Source of the DNA: Eledone cirrhosa
Lineage: Eukaryota
Assembly: GCA_964016885.1 (NCBI GenBank)
Contig: OZ024743.1
Location: 208,258,001-208,322,000, forward strand
Length of the DNA: 64,000 nt
Reading direction: 5' to 3'
The notes under the pieces were generated by a model. The model did not search any database, was not told where the DNA came from, and was given only the letters and a program-made list of their open reading frames with translations. A program made the position numbers and the translations under genes. Positions 29,233-39,836 of the stretch are shown here, piece after piece (within the stretch, counting starts at the first letter, position 1; each line of letters begins with the position of its first letter).

Positions 29233-29626
29233 TAAGTCCTGTGTCACCGGTGTTTTGAGAAGGCAACACCGGGTGTCGGCCTGGAGCATATCAATTAGTG
29301 ACAGAAAATTAATATGTTTATTTAAGCGATCGCCACCGGAAGTGTTGACATTTGAAAATTTTAAAGAAGTGAATCTTTAAATAAATAATAAAATATATTT
29401 AATGAACAGCCACGAAATTTAGTAGATAAATTATGTAATATTCATTCATTATTTATTCAAAGTAATCCAACTTATTTTACTAAGGGGATAAAAAATGATA
29501 AACTGTACACAGTCCCGCGCTTCTTACTTTATTATAGTTTAGATACATGGGATGTGTATGCCCGTGTATGTGTGTGGGTATTTGTGAGAATATATATTTA
29601 GATATGAATGCACTTGTGTGTGTGTA

Positions 29627-29700
<74 letters not shown>

Positions 29701-29987
29701 TACATCAGATGTTAATTGCAGAATTAGTTATATAAGATAACAGGATTTTGGTGAATACAAACAGAGAATAGAAAATAGAGGACAGGTTTGATTCAAGAAT
29801 GGTCTACCAATTCGGTGTTATTGGAATGGCAAACCCTGAGCAAGATGGTTGGATAACATCCATGAGCTCAGTTGGTCTCACTTGGGGATGCAGTCGGATC
29901 AGTTGGAAATGGTTGCTTCTGACAGGACTTGCTGGAAGGAGTATTTGGGGACTCTGCCATATATATATATATATATATATGTGTATG

Positions 29988-31070
29988 TCATCATCATCAT
30001 CATCACCGTTTTACGTCCGTTCTTCCACGCTAGCATGGGTTAGACGGGTTGTCCTGTTGTGGGCAGTGTCTGGTCGGCTGACCATGCCTTGCTCATACAG
30101 GAACTGATCTGGCTTGATTTCTACAGCTGGATGCCCTTCCTAACACCAACCTCATTTACAGTGAGTGCTGGGTGCTTTTTCGTGGCGCCTACACGTCCAC
30201 TTTACAGTGTGGGCTGGGTGCTTTTTTGCCGTGGCACCTCCACGACCACCTTGCGGTGGGGGGGGGGGGGCATATTGTCTATATGCTTCAGCTTGTACCC
30301 ATGAGAGGTCATGGTCGTGTGTCATTGCCTTTGAGAGGTGTAATTGGGTAAGGTCGGCTTTTATCACCTCATCCCAGGTCATCTTGGGTCTCCCCACTCT
30401 GCAGTTTCCATCAACTTCTAGTGCTCTGCACCTTTTTATGCAGCTGTCATCCTTCATACGCATCACATGTCCATACCAGTGCAACCGCCTCTCCTGCACA
30501 CAGCATTTGATTCCTCTTATGCTCAGTCTCTCTCTCAATTCATTAATGCTTTGTCGTTCACGTATATTACTGTTACACATCCATCGGAGCATGCAGGCTT
30601 CGTTTCTCTCTAATCTACGTAAGTCTTCCACCTTCAGCGCCCAGGTCTCAATACCATGTAACATTGCTGTTCGGATACACGCATCATACAGTCTGCCTTT
30701 CATTCTGAGGGAGAAGCCTTTTGCAGCTAGCAGTGGCAGTAGTTCCCTAAATTTCTTCCATCCCGTTCTTACCCTAGTTATTGTACTTTCTGAACACCCA
30801 CCTCCGCTGCTAATTCGGTCACCTAGGTAGCAGAAGCTGTCTACTGTTTCTACAGGGCCCTCCCAGAGATTGGTGGTACTTGTTTCCTGTGGCTGTTTGC
30901 TGCTTGCTGTCCCAGCACAGCTGCTGCATGTGAAGCCTACATTCTTAATTAAGCTTCCTGAGGTCCCGCTACATCTCTTGTGTACCCATTGTTTGCATTT
31001 GGGGCAAAGAATGGTGTACCTACCTACACCTTTCCTACATACTGAGCAAGGTCATTTCCCTGAGGGGATC
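29988..31070 (-). mobile_element. 5'-truncated RTE-clade LINE (PHD-like finger, C-terminal domain, 3' UTR, (GAT)n tail)
   Basis: ORF 30152-30703(-) reads KGRLYDACIRTAMLHGIETW...RLHWYGHVMR...GRPKMTWDEVIK. Upstream is CSVC...CPKCKQWVHKRC...CSSC. The (CAT)n tract is at 29988-30005. Confidence 0.92.
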
Positions 31071-31094
31071 TGTGTGTGTATGTATAAATATATA

Positions 31095-31420
31095 TAATGG
31101 ACTGATTCAGTCCAATTGCGATTAAACCAGATCAGGCCAAACCAGATCAGACCAGATCAAATTGGATCAGATCAGATCAGACTACATCAAACCGAATTGG
31201 AACAGATCAGATCAGATCAGAATGGATCAGTTCAAACTGGATCGGATCAGGCCAGATCAAACCAAAATAGACCCAACTGGATCGGATCAGATCAAACTGG
31301 ATTGGATCAAACTGGGTCAGATCAGACCAGATCAAACCAGATTGGATCAGACTGGATCAGTCAAACCAGATTAGATCAGACTGGTCTGGAGCAGACCAGA
31401 TCGGATCAGATCAAACCATG
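31095..31420. repeat. Degenerate pentanucleotide repeat (GATCA/GACCA/GATTG/AACTG)
   Basis: 5-bp periodicity; it generates the spurious QIRSDQ/PDQTRS ORFs. Confidence 0.85.
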
Positions 31421-31428
31421 TTTATTAG

Positions 31429-31761
31429 TAGACATTAGTTTTTTCTAATTCAATTTGTTTTCAAGTACTTTATAAAGATTTTTTTTAAATATATTTTTTT
31501 AATCCATAGAAGAGGGAGAGAGACATAATCACATTACTTGGGTAAGTGAGAACAAGCTATTTACTACAGGACTCCATGTAATCTATATGAAGAGAAATGT
31601 GGAGAATGGAAGAACTCCAATCCAATCTCGGGCCTTCTCACTCCTGTTGGAGGAACCCTTGCCTTGTTGACCTCTCTGTTTAGTTTTGGTCATGTCAGGA
31701 ATATAGCTGTACTCCCCATGCTTGACCAATTGTGGGTGATGAGGCTATTTAATCCATAATT
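31429..31761 (+). repeat. ~350-bp dispersed direct repeat, copy 2
   Basis: Homologous to 28872-29232. Confidence 0.85.
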
Positions 31762-33659
31762 GGATGATGGATGGTCCTTGACTATGAGGAGTTCATCTGC
31801 CCATTTTACAGCTCCTTTTTTTGTGCTACTGTGTTCCATTTTCCTTCCTCGGCAGGCCATAGTCTGGTGGGGCTAGTTCAGTCACCAACCATGGAAAAAC
31901 AATCTCTGAAATATTTATATTCATTTGATAACCCTGCCTAACAATCATGAAATATTCATTACCTGCAACCAGGTTAGAGTTGTATGTAACCTTTTCCTGT
32001 TGCTGCACTTCATTTTAAAACTGGAATAGATCTCTCTCTTAAGTCCAACACTGAGTATTCCAGTTGTTCAGTCAATGCAACAGCCTGTTCATGAAATTAA
32101 TACATAAGTGGCTGAGTAATCCTAAACATGTGTACCTTTAACATAATCCCTAAATAGATTCATTATGACACACCTTGTGACAAGGCTGGTCCTTTGAATT
32201 GCAAGAACAATCCATCTCATAGGCTTCCAAACAGTTCTCACTCAATTTCCCTCACAAGATATGGGTCAACTTGAGGCTATAGTAAATGACATTTGTCCAA
32301 GATGTTACAATATTTTAAGAGTTTTTTTTCATCATCATCATCCTTATTTTTTTTTTTTCCACATTATATTTTAGGGATGTGACTCTCCCAGATTGGTAAT
32401 GTCTATATTCAGCTTGCATTTCTGTACATTTAATTGTTAATGTGATACAGCCATAGTGCTGTTTTCTACTTTTTAAGAATGTTTTGCTAATGTGGCTTCA
32501 TGTGGTACAGGACAGTTAAAGCTCCAACAAAATCTATTTAAAAGTAATGTAAACACCAATATTTATTTTTCTTATACAAAATAAAAAATTTTTCAAATAA
32601 AAAATTAAAATACAGAAAATATATCTTCAGAAAACTATATAGTATAAAAAGAGCGAATATTTTTATCACACAAGGATTATTTTAGATATTAAAAAATATC
32701 CTAAGTATATGGTAAAATAATAATATTTTTAGGGTGTGCTTAACTACTGATTAAGTATAAAATAAGATATACTTCCACTAGAATAAACAGTTGTACCCTA
32801 AGCCCTTTGAATGAATATAGACTAGCATGACCTAGATTCCTTTTAACATTAAAATAAAGCCCTACTTAATCCTGAAGTAAAAAAAAAAAAAAAAAAAAGA
32901 TTTTCTCACCCTTTAATTTTTATTAATTGCAGTCTCCTAGAGTTTTAAGTATGCTAGCTATATATATAAAGCAAATACAGAGTTCAAGTTATAAGTAGCA
33001 ATTGTTGGCAATATAAAAGAAGGGTATAGTTTGGACATCTGGCAAGCAATAACTCTAAGTGTAAAATAACCATTAATACAGAACTGTAAGGATTTGTCAG
33101 ACAGCAAATTAGCAATATAATAAAGAGAAAAGAAAAACACAAGAGTGAGGAAAGAATTTGTTTTGGTTTGTAGTCTGCAGAAAAATCAGTTCTTGTACCA
33201 TCCATAAGAAGAAATGCTAACATTTTAACATAGTTTTTCGTTAAAGAGAAAAAAAACATGAACATTTTTCATTTTCTGACAAATCTCTTTCTTTTTCTCC
33301 CAACATACTGTGAAGCTTATAAAAGTATAATGACATTTGTTTGGTGACTTATTGACAAATAATGAAATATCTAGAGGAAGTTACTTGAAGGACCTCCATT
33401 GCTTTCAAATGAACAGCCTGCTTGTGAAATTAGCATGCACAAGTTATACTCAAGAAGTTTTGAATCTCCTTTTCAAATAACAGAGGAAACTATCTTGTGG
33501 CCGCACACAAAACTTCAACAATTCCTGCTTCAAATTCATACATGATTGAGCATTCTACACACATATGCACCATTAATATATTTTTCAGGGATATTCAGGG
33601 TGACAGTGTGTGACAAGGCAGACCTTTTTGAATTACAGGTACAGTCATGTTGGTATCAC

Positions 33660-33847
33660 AACAAAAAGCACCCAGCACACACTATAAATGTGGTTGGTGT
33701 TAGGAAGGGCATCCAGCCATAGAAACCAAGCCAGAAACAGTTTTGTATGAGCAAAACACGGTCACTTAACTTGACTTGCCTCAAACAGGACAACCCATCT
33801 AACCCATGCTAGCATGGAAAATAGATATTAAACGATGATGATGATGA
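33660..33847 (+). mobile_element. RTE-type 3' tail fragment / SINE tail
   Basis: GTTGGTGTTAGGAAGGGCATCCAGC ... CCATGCTAGCATGGAAAA ... TTAAACGATGATGATG, matching the 3' end at 38340-38496. Confidence 0.75.
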
Positions 33848-34287
33848 GTCCATCTGACAGGCTTCTAAACAGTTTCTGTCTACCTGATTTTACTCACAAG
33901 GCATTGATCAACCCGGAGCTATGATAATTGCCCAAAATGCCACACATCGGGATTAAACCCTGGACCTAATGATTGTGAAGCAATCTTCTCTAAACATTTA
34001 GCCATGCAGTGTCCACAGAGAAAGTCAATAGAATATAACAGAATGCAAAAGAATGGTACATATTTTAAAGAATATAAAAATACCAAAAATATGAAAAGGG
34101 TTGCAAGAACCTTCAGTTGTGTCAAAGACATGAAAACCTCTCCTGTGCACTTTGGTAGAATGTGAGACCATACATAAGCAAGATGCATATCCCTGGCCTG
34201 TCTGAGAAGTTAGCAGCCCTGCTTCAGTACGGACTTAGTCTATGTAGACCCATCCAACCTTTGCTGGCAGGGAAAGTGAATGCTAAA

Positions 34288-34402
34288 ATGATGATAATGA
34301 TGATGGTGGTGGTGGTGGTGGTGATGATGATGGTGGTGGTGGTGGTGGTGGTGGTGATGATGATGATGGTAGTGGTGGTGATGATGATGATGATGGTGAT
34401 GA
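34288..34402. repeat. (GAT)n/(GGT)n compound trinucleotide microsatellite
   Basis: Seen directly. Confidence 0.95.
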
Positions 34403-35020
34403 TAACATTTCCATTATACTTCAATAAGCCATTGTTATATATACAAGAAACAAAACCAATGCAACAGACATAAGAAAACAATCCTGCTGTGAAATAGAAG
34501 CTCCAACTGAGTCAAATTAATAACATAGATTTTATCAGAGCTTGATGTCACATCACTTAACATCAATAAGGGTTTCGATAATGGTGTCTGATATAAGCAC
34601 AAGGCCAGCAATTTTGGGGGAATGGGAAAGTCAATTAAATCAACCCATAAGGTCTCATGGGTACTGATATTAGGGAGACAAAAGAAACTCCCTATGTACA
34701 GAACACCAATCTACTAAAGGTACCATTTTAAGAACTTTCATCTAAGTGGAACAAGACACATAAAACTAAGTACCTACAACTCAGAGCCAATCAATTGAAA
34801 ATCCAAACAGCTACTACCCCTGCCCCCGTGTTGATAACAAAAGGTTTCTCACTATGTACAATGTTGCATAGTAGCCAGTGCTGGACTTACCTATAAGCTA
34901 AATAAACTACAGCTTAGGGCCACATACCCTCGGGTCTCGGTTTTTTAAATTTATTTTCATTTTATCATTAGTTTTTATTCTTTAACACTAAATCATAAAA
35001 ATTAATAAATATAAATATAA

Positions 35021-35320
35021 TCATCATCATCATCATCATTGTTTAACGTCCATCTTCCACACTAGCACGGGTTAGGTGGGTTTGTCCCATTTAGAGGCAA
35101 GTTGGGTTGGGTGACATTGCCTCGCTCATATAGGACAGTTTCTGGCTGGTTTTCTACAGCTGGATGCCCTTCCTGGCGCCAACCACATTTATAGTGTGTG
35201 GTGGGTGTCTTTTACCATCTCTTTTACACGACCACTTTACAGTGTGGGCTGGGTGCTTTTTTGTTGTGCACTTACACGACCACTTTACAGAGTGGACTGG
35301 ATGTTTTGTGGTACCAACGT
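35021..35320 (-). mobile_element. RTE 3' UTR fragment
   Basis: (CAT)n-TGTTTAACGTCCATCTTCCAC ... CAGCTGGATGCCCTTCC ... CCACTTTACAGTGTGGGCTGGGTGC; followed by a (CA)/(TA) tract. Confidence 0.85.
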
Positions 35321-35333
35321 AACACACACACAC

Positions 35334-35410
<77 letters not shown>

Positions 35411-35477
35411 GATATACACATACACATTTATATCATGATAATGCTATATGTATATTTGTGCGTATATACATATATCA

Positions 35478-36221
35478 TTATCACCTACATCTTACGTTAA
35501 TTTTCCACGCTAGCATCGATTAGACGGGTTGTCCTGTGGTGAGCAATGCTAGGTCAAGTCACCATGTCTTGTTCATACAGGAGTGATTCTGGCTTGGTTT
35601 CTACTGCTGGATGCCCTTCCTAGTGCCAACCTCATGTACAGTGATTACTGGGTGCTTTTTGTTGTGACGCCTACACAACCACTTTACAGTGTGGGCTTGG
35701 TGCTTTTTGTCGTGACACCTACACAACCACTTTACAGTGTGGGCTGGGCACTTTTTGCCGTGTCACCATCATGACCACTTTACAGTGTGGGCTGAGGACT
35801 TCACTGGATGCATTTACTTTGGCCTGTCCTCATGGGGATGTATTGGAGGGTGGGACATACTGAGTATATGCTTTGGCTTGTGCTCGTGGGAAGTCAGGTC
35901 TTCTGTATTACTGCATATCATCAGAGATCTCGGTCATGTGTCATCATCTTTGAGAGGTACAATTGGGCAAGGGCGGCTTTTATTACCTCATCCCAAGTTT
36001 TCCTGGGCCGCCCCACTCCAAGGCTTCCATCAACTTTGAGCACTCTGCACTTTTTTATGCAGCTGTCATCCGTCATACACATCACATGACCATACAAACG
36101 CAATCTCCTCTCCTGCACACAGCATTTGATTCCTCTTATGCTTAGTTTCTCTTTCAATTCATTAATGCTTCGCCGTTCTTGTATATTACTATTACAAAGC
36201 TTCATTTCTCTCCAATCTACG
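35478..36221 (-). mobile_element. 5'-truncated RTE LINE 3' end (C-terminal domain and 3' UTR)
   Basis: Minus-strand translation RRLERNEA...KLSIRGIKCCVQERRLRLYGHVM...GRPRKTWDEVIK, plus 3' UTR repeats. Confidence 0.9.
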
Positions 36222-38496
36222 CGGGTAGCTAGGAGAGAAGCTAGACAACAAGTATACCTTGCAAAGAGGGAAGCAGAGGATAGTAAGTTCAAGATATTCA
36301 GGATCGTGAGGCAATGTGTCAAGGAGAACCGTGATATTGTCAGGGAGAAATGTGTCCATAATGACGATGGTGTAATTGCTCTCACTGATAGTGATAAGAA
36401 GGTAGCTTGGAAGTGTCACTACAAGAGACTACTGAATGTGGCGAATGAATGGAATAAAGATAGTCTGCCCCACACCGATCCAATAGAAGGACCAGCTGTG
36501 CAAGTTGATGGTAGTGTAGTAAGTAAGGCAATCAAAAATATGAAGACAGGCAAGGCAGGCTGGGGCTTCGGAGATAGTTGCTGAAATGTTGAAGGTATCT
36601 GGAATGGTGGGACATACTATGGTCACCCGGATAGTAAACCAAGTAATACAGAATGGAGTCATACCAAATGACTGGCGTAGCAGCAGCATCATCAACTGTT
36701 ACAAGGGCAAAGAAGATGCCCTGGATAGAGGAAACTATAGGGGTATTAAATTAGTTGACTAAATCATGAAAGTCTCAGAAAGAGTTATTACTCAACTGAT
36801 TAGAGACCAAATTGATCTAGATGAAATTCAGTTTGGGTTTGTGCCAGGTAAAAGTACCACAGATGCTCTTTTCCTTGTATGGCAATTGCAGAAGAAGTAT
36901 CTGGCTAACAGTAAACTCCTCTACTTAGCTTTTGTTGACCTGGAGAAGGCCTTTGACAGAGTCCCACGCACCTTAATCTGGTGGGCTCTTAGAAAAGCAG
37001 GAGTGGAAGAATGGCTTGTGAGAGCTATACAAGCCATGTATAAAGAAACAGTCAGCAAAGTTAGAATTAACGAAGAATATAGTTATGAATTTAGCGTAAT
37101 GGTACGGGTTCACCAGGACTCCGTTCTTAGCTCCCTCATGTTTATTATTGTCCTACAGGCTACATATAACAGAGGGGTTTAAGACTGGCTGCCCATGGGA
37201 ACTCCTATACGCAGATGATCTAACTCTCATAGCTGAATCTATGGCTGAACTAGAGAGGAAGTTCCAAACATGGAAGCATGGCCTTGAATCAAAAAGCCTT
37301 AGAGTCAACTTGTCTAAGACTAAGGTTCTAGTATGCAGAAAGGAGAATAGGGCACAGGTACCCTCAGGGAAATGGTCATGCTCAGTGTGTAAGAAAGGAG
37401 TAGGCAGAAACTCTATTCTATGTCCCAAATGCAAACTATGGGTACATAAAAGATGTAGTAGGATCAGAGGTAAGCTATCTAAGAATGTAGATCTTATATG
37501 TGGCTGATGCTCAGGCACAGTAAGTAGCAAGGACCCACTGGATGATATCTCCTTCAACTGCCCAGATGGTTCTATAGAAATAGTAGACACCTTCCGTTAC
37601 CTGGGTGACAAAATCACCAGTGGAAGAGGGTGCTCTGAAAGTGTAGAAGCCAGAGTTAGAACGGGATGGAAAAAGTTCAGAGAGCTAATACCACTGTTGG
37701 CCACAAGGGGTTTTTCTCTAAAAATGAAAGGCAGATTGTATGATGCATGTATCTGAATGGCGATATTACATGCTATTGAGACTTGGGCATTGTGTGCTGA
37801 AGATCTGCATAGATTGGAAAGAAATGAAGCTTGCATGCTCCGATGGATGTGTAATAGTAATGAGCGCGAAAGGCAAAGCATAAACAAACTAAGAGGGAGA
37901 CTAAGCATAAGAGGTATCAAATGTTGTGTTCTGGAGAGGAGATTGCATTGGTATGGACATGTGATGCGTATGAAGGACAACAGCTGTAAAAAAAAGTGCA
38001 GGGCAATGAAAATTGATGGAAGCTGCGGAGTGGGTAGACCAAGAAAAACCTGGGACGAGGTGATAAAAACTGACCTTGCCCACCTACACCTCTCTAAGAC
38101 AATGACACTGGATCGAGACCTTTGGCGCCATGCAGTTGTACAGAAGACCTGACTACCATTGCATACAAACCTACAGTCAGTAGGCACCTCTTAACTCAAT
38201 GTATACCCCATCGCCACACCCTACCCCATCCTCCCTCTCCCGTTTCGTCCACTGTGTCGATGACACAACAGTCTACACTGTAAGGTGGCCGTGTAGGAGA
38301 CACGGTGAAAAGACTCCCAGTCCACACTGTAAATGTGGTTGGTGTTAGAAAGGGTATCCAGCTGTAAAAAAAACCTGCCAGAGATGCTTCCGTGAGAGCG
38401 AGACAAGGTCTCCCGACCATTCCCGCACCAAATAGAACAAAACCGTCTAACCAATGCTAGCATGGAAAATGGACGTTAAACGATGATGATGATGAT
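36222..38496 (+). mobile_element. 5'-truncated, decayed RTE-clade non-LTR retrotransposon (reverse transcriptase pseudogene)
   Basis: RT motifs NYRGIKL, QFGFVPGKSTTDA, AFVDLEKAFDRVP, VHQDSVLS and LLYADDL, then a PHD-like Cys/His cluster, FRYLG, RLHWYGHV and GRPRKTW. Several in-frame stops and frameshifts. Ends in GGACGTTAAAC(GAT)n. Confidence 0.95.
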
Positions 38497-38681
38497 ATAT
38501 TTCGTTTTTGAATTTGTTTCGAAAGATTTCTTATCTGAAAACGTGTGTTGAAACAGATATTGTTATACTTTGGGAGGGTCTTGCTGCTAATGAAAACACA
38601 CACACTTGTTGGTTTTCACTTCAATTTATTATAAATTTCTGGTTGGTTGGTTGGTTCGATAACTGGATGGTTGTTTATAAA

Positions 38682-38728
38682 TTGTCAAAGCTCTTTCGTC
38701 ACACATTCTGTGACCTCCTCAGTGACTA
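38682..38728 (-). ncRNA. Type I minimal hammerhead ribozyme motif
   Basis: Minus strand reads GUCA-CUGAGGA-G-GUCACA-GAAUG-UGUGAC-GAAA-GAGC-UU-UGAC. Stem I is GUCA/UGAC, stem II GUCACA/UGUGAC, with both core boxes present, a 2-bp stem III and a CUU triplet. Confidence 0.7.
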
Positions 38729-38951
38729 GGTTTTTATTTCGTGTCTCACCTTTGTTGTATTCTACACCATCTTGTTTTTGTGTGTTGGGTGCTTAGTTTG
38801 CACATGCGTTACATCCGAGTGTGTGTGTTTTTATTTATTTATTTATGTGTTTATTTACTTGTCACTAGTTGGTTGTTTGTTCTATCTGTGTGTGTCTGAT
38901 TTGTTTTGTTAGTTTGGTTTTTGTGTGTGTCTGTATGTCTTCATTTTGTCC

Positions 38952-39293
38952 TTAATTACTAGTTGTGATGTTGCTATTCCATTCATGTTTTCTGTTTAAT
39001 TTTGGTTGGAGTTTGTTTATGCTTGTTGCCTCTGTGATTTGTCTGAGCATTGCATCTTTTCTGTGTGTGGATATAATTTTTATCTCTATGTTCTCTAATG
39101 TGCCCCTATGTTCTATTTTGTCATATTGATGGAATACTGATGAGTTTTTCCCATCCTGGAGTTCTTGCCAGTGTTGATTTATCCTTTCTCCTATGCTACG
39201 GGATGTTACATCTATGTATGTTATGTTCTTATTCCTACACTGTCCCTCAGTACATATTATGGTATATACTATGTTCCTAGTTTTGCAGTTATG
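38952..39293 (-). CDS. Partial GIY-YIG endonuclease domain of a Penelope-like element (113 codons, no start, not in ORF track)
   Basis: Manual translation: HNCKTRNIVYTIICTEGQCRNKNITYIDVTSRSIGERINQHWQEL...HRKDAMLRQITEATSINKLQPKLNRKHEWNSNITTSN*. Shows the IVY / YI(G>D) motifs, R-x3-H, a catalytic-type E and an LN motif. Confidence 0.8.
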   Translation of the reverse strand, partial: HNCKTRNIVYTIICTEGQCRNKNITYIDVTSRSIGERINQHWQELQDGKNSSVFHQYDKIEHRGTLENIEIKIISTHRKDAMLRQITEATSINKLQPKLNRKHEWNSNITTSN

Positions 39294-39337
39294 TATGTGT
39301 GTGTTTGTGTGTGTATATATATGTGTGTGTATATATA

Positions 39338-39395
<58 letters not shown>
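39294..39395. repeat. (GT)n/(TA)n compound microsatellite
   Basis: Seen directly; separates the PLE 5' truncation point from an RTE tail. Confidence 0.95.
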
Positions 39396-39398
<3 letters not shown>

Positions 39399-39676
39399 TC
39401 ATCATCACCATTTTACGTCCATTCTTCCACGCTAGAATGAGTTAGACGGGTTGTCCTGTTTTGGGCAATGCCAGGTCAGGTGACCATGTCTTGTTCATAT
39501 GGGAACTGATTTTGGCTTGATTTCTACAGCTGGATGCCCTTCCTAACATCAACCTCATTTACAGTGAGTACTGGGTGCTTTTTACCGTGGTGCCTACACG
39601 TCCACTTTACAGTGTGGACTTGGTAATTTTTGTAGTGGCACCTACATGACCACTTTACAGTGGGAGGGGTGGGGGC
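39396..39676 (-). mobile_element. RTE 3' UTR fragment
   Basis: Near-identical to 29990-30270 (CATCACCATTTTACGTCCATTCTTCCACGCTAG...). Confidence 0.85.
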
Positions 39677-39721
<45 letters not shown>

Positions 39722-39836
39722 TATATACATGTATACACAAGAACGGACGTAAAACGGTGATGATGATGATGATACATACAAACTTTTTCATTTGAGAGGA
39801 AAGTATTGTATGTTGTGTGTATGAATATATATATAT

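Larger units (their letters stand above)
38498..39293 (-). mobile_element. 5'-truncated Penelope-like retroelement (GIY-YIG endonuclease plus 3' terminal region)
   Basis: GIY-YIG frame, then an A/C-rich UTR, a hammerhead motif and AATAAA, all in the same orientation. This is the established layout of a PLE 3' end. Confidence 0.8.

Noticed and set aside
31116-31448. ORFs with QIRSDQ/PDQTRS repeats
   Set aside because: Translation of a degenerate pentanucleotide repeat; overlapping frames give the same kind of peptide.
31963-32020. Candidate upstream minus-strand exon (MKCSNRKRLHTTLTWLQ|gtaatg)
   Set aside because: Splice-like ends are present, but the ATG frame ends in phase 0 while the WSC exon starts in phase 1, and the phase-1 frame contains a stop. 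It cannot be supported without transcripts.
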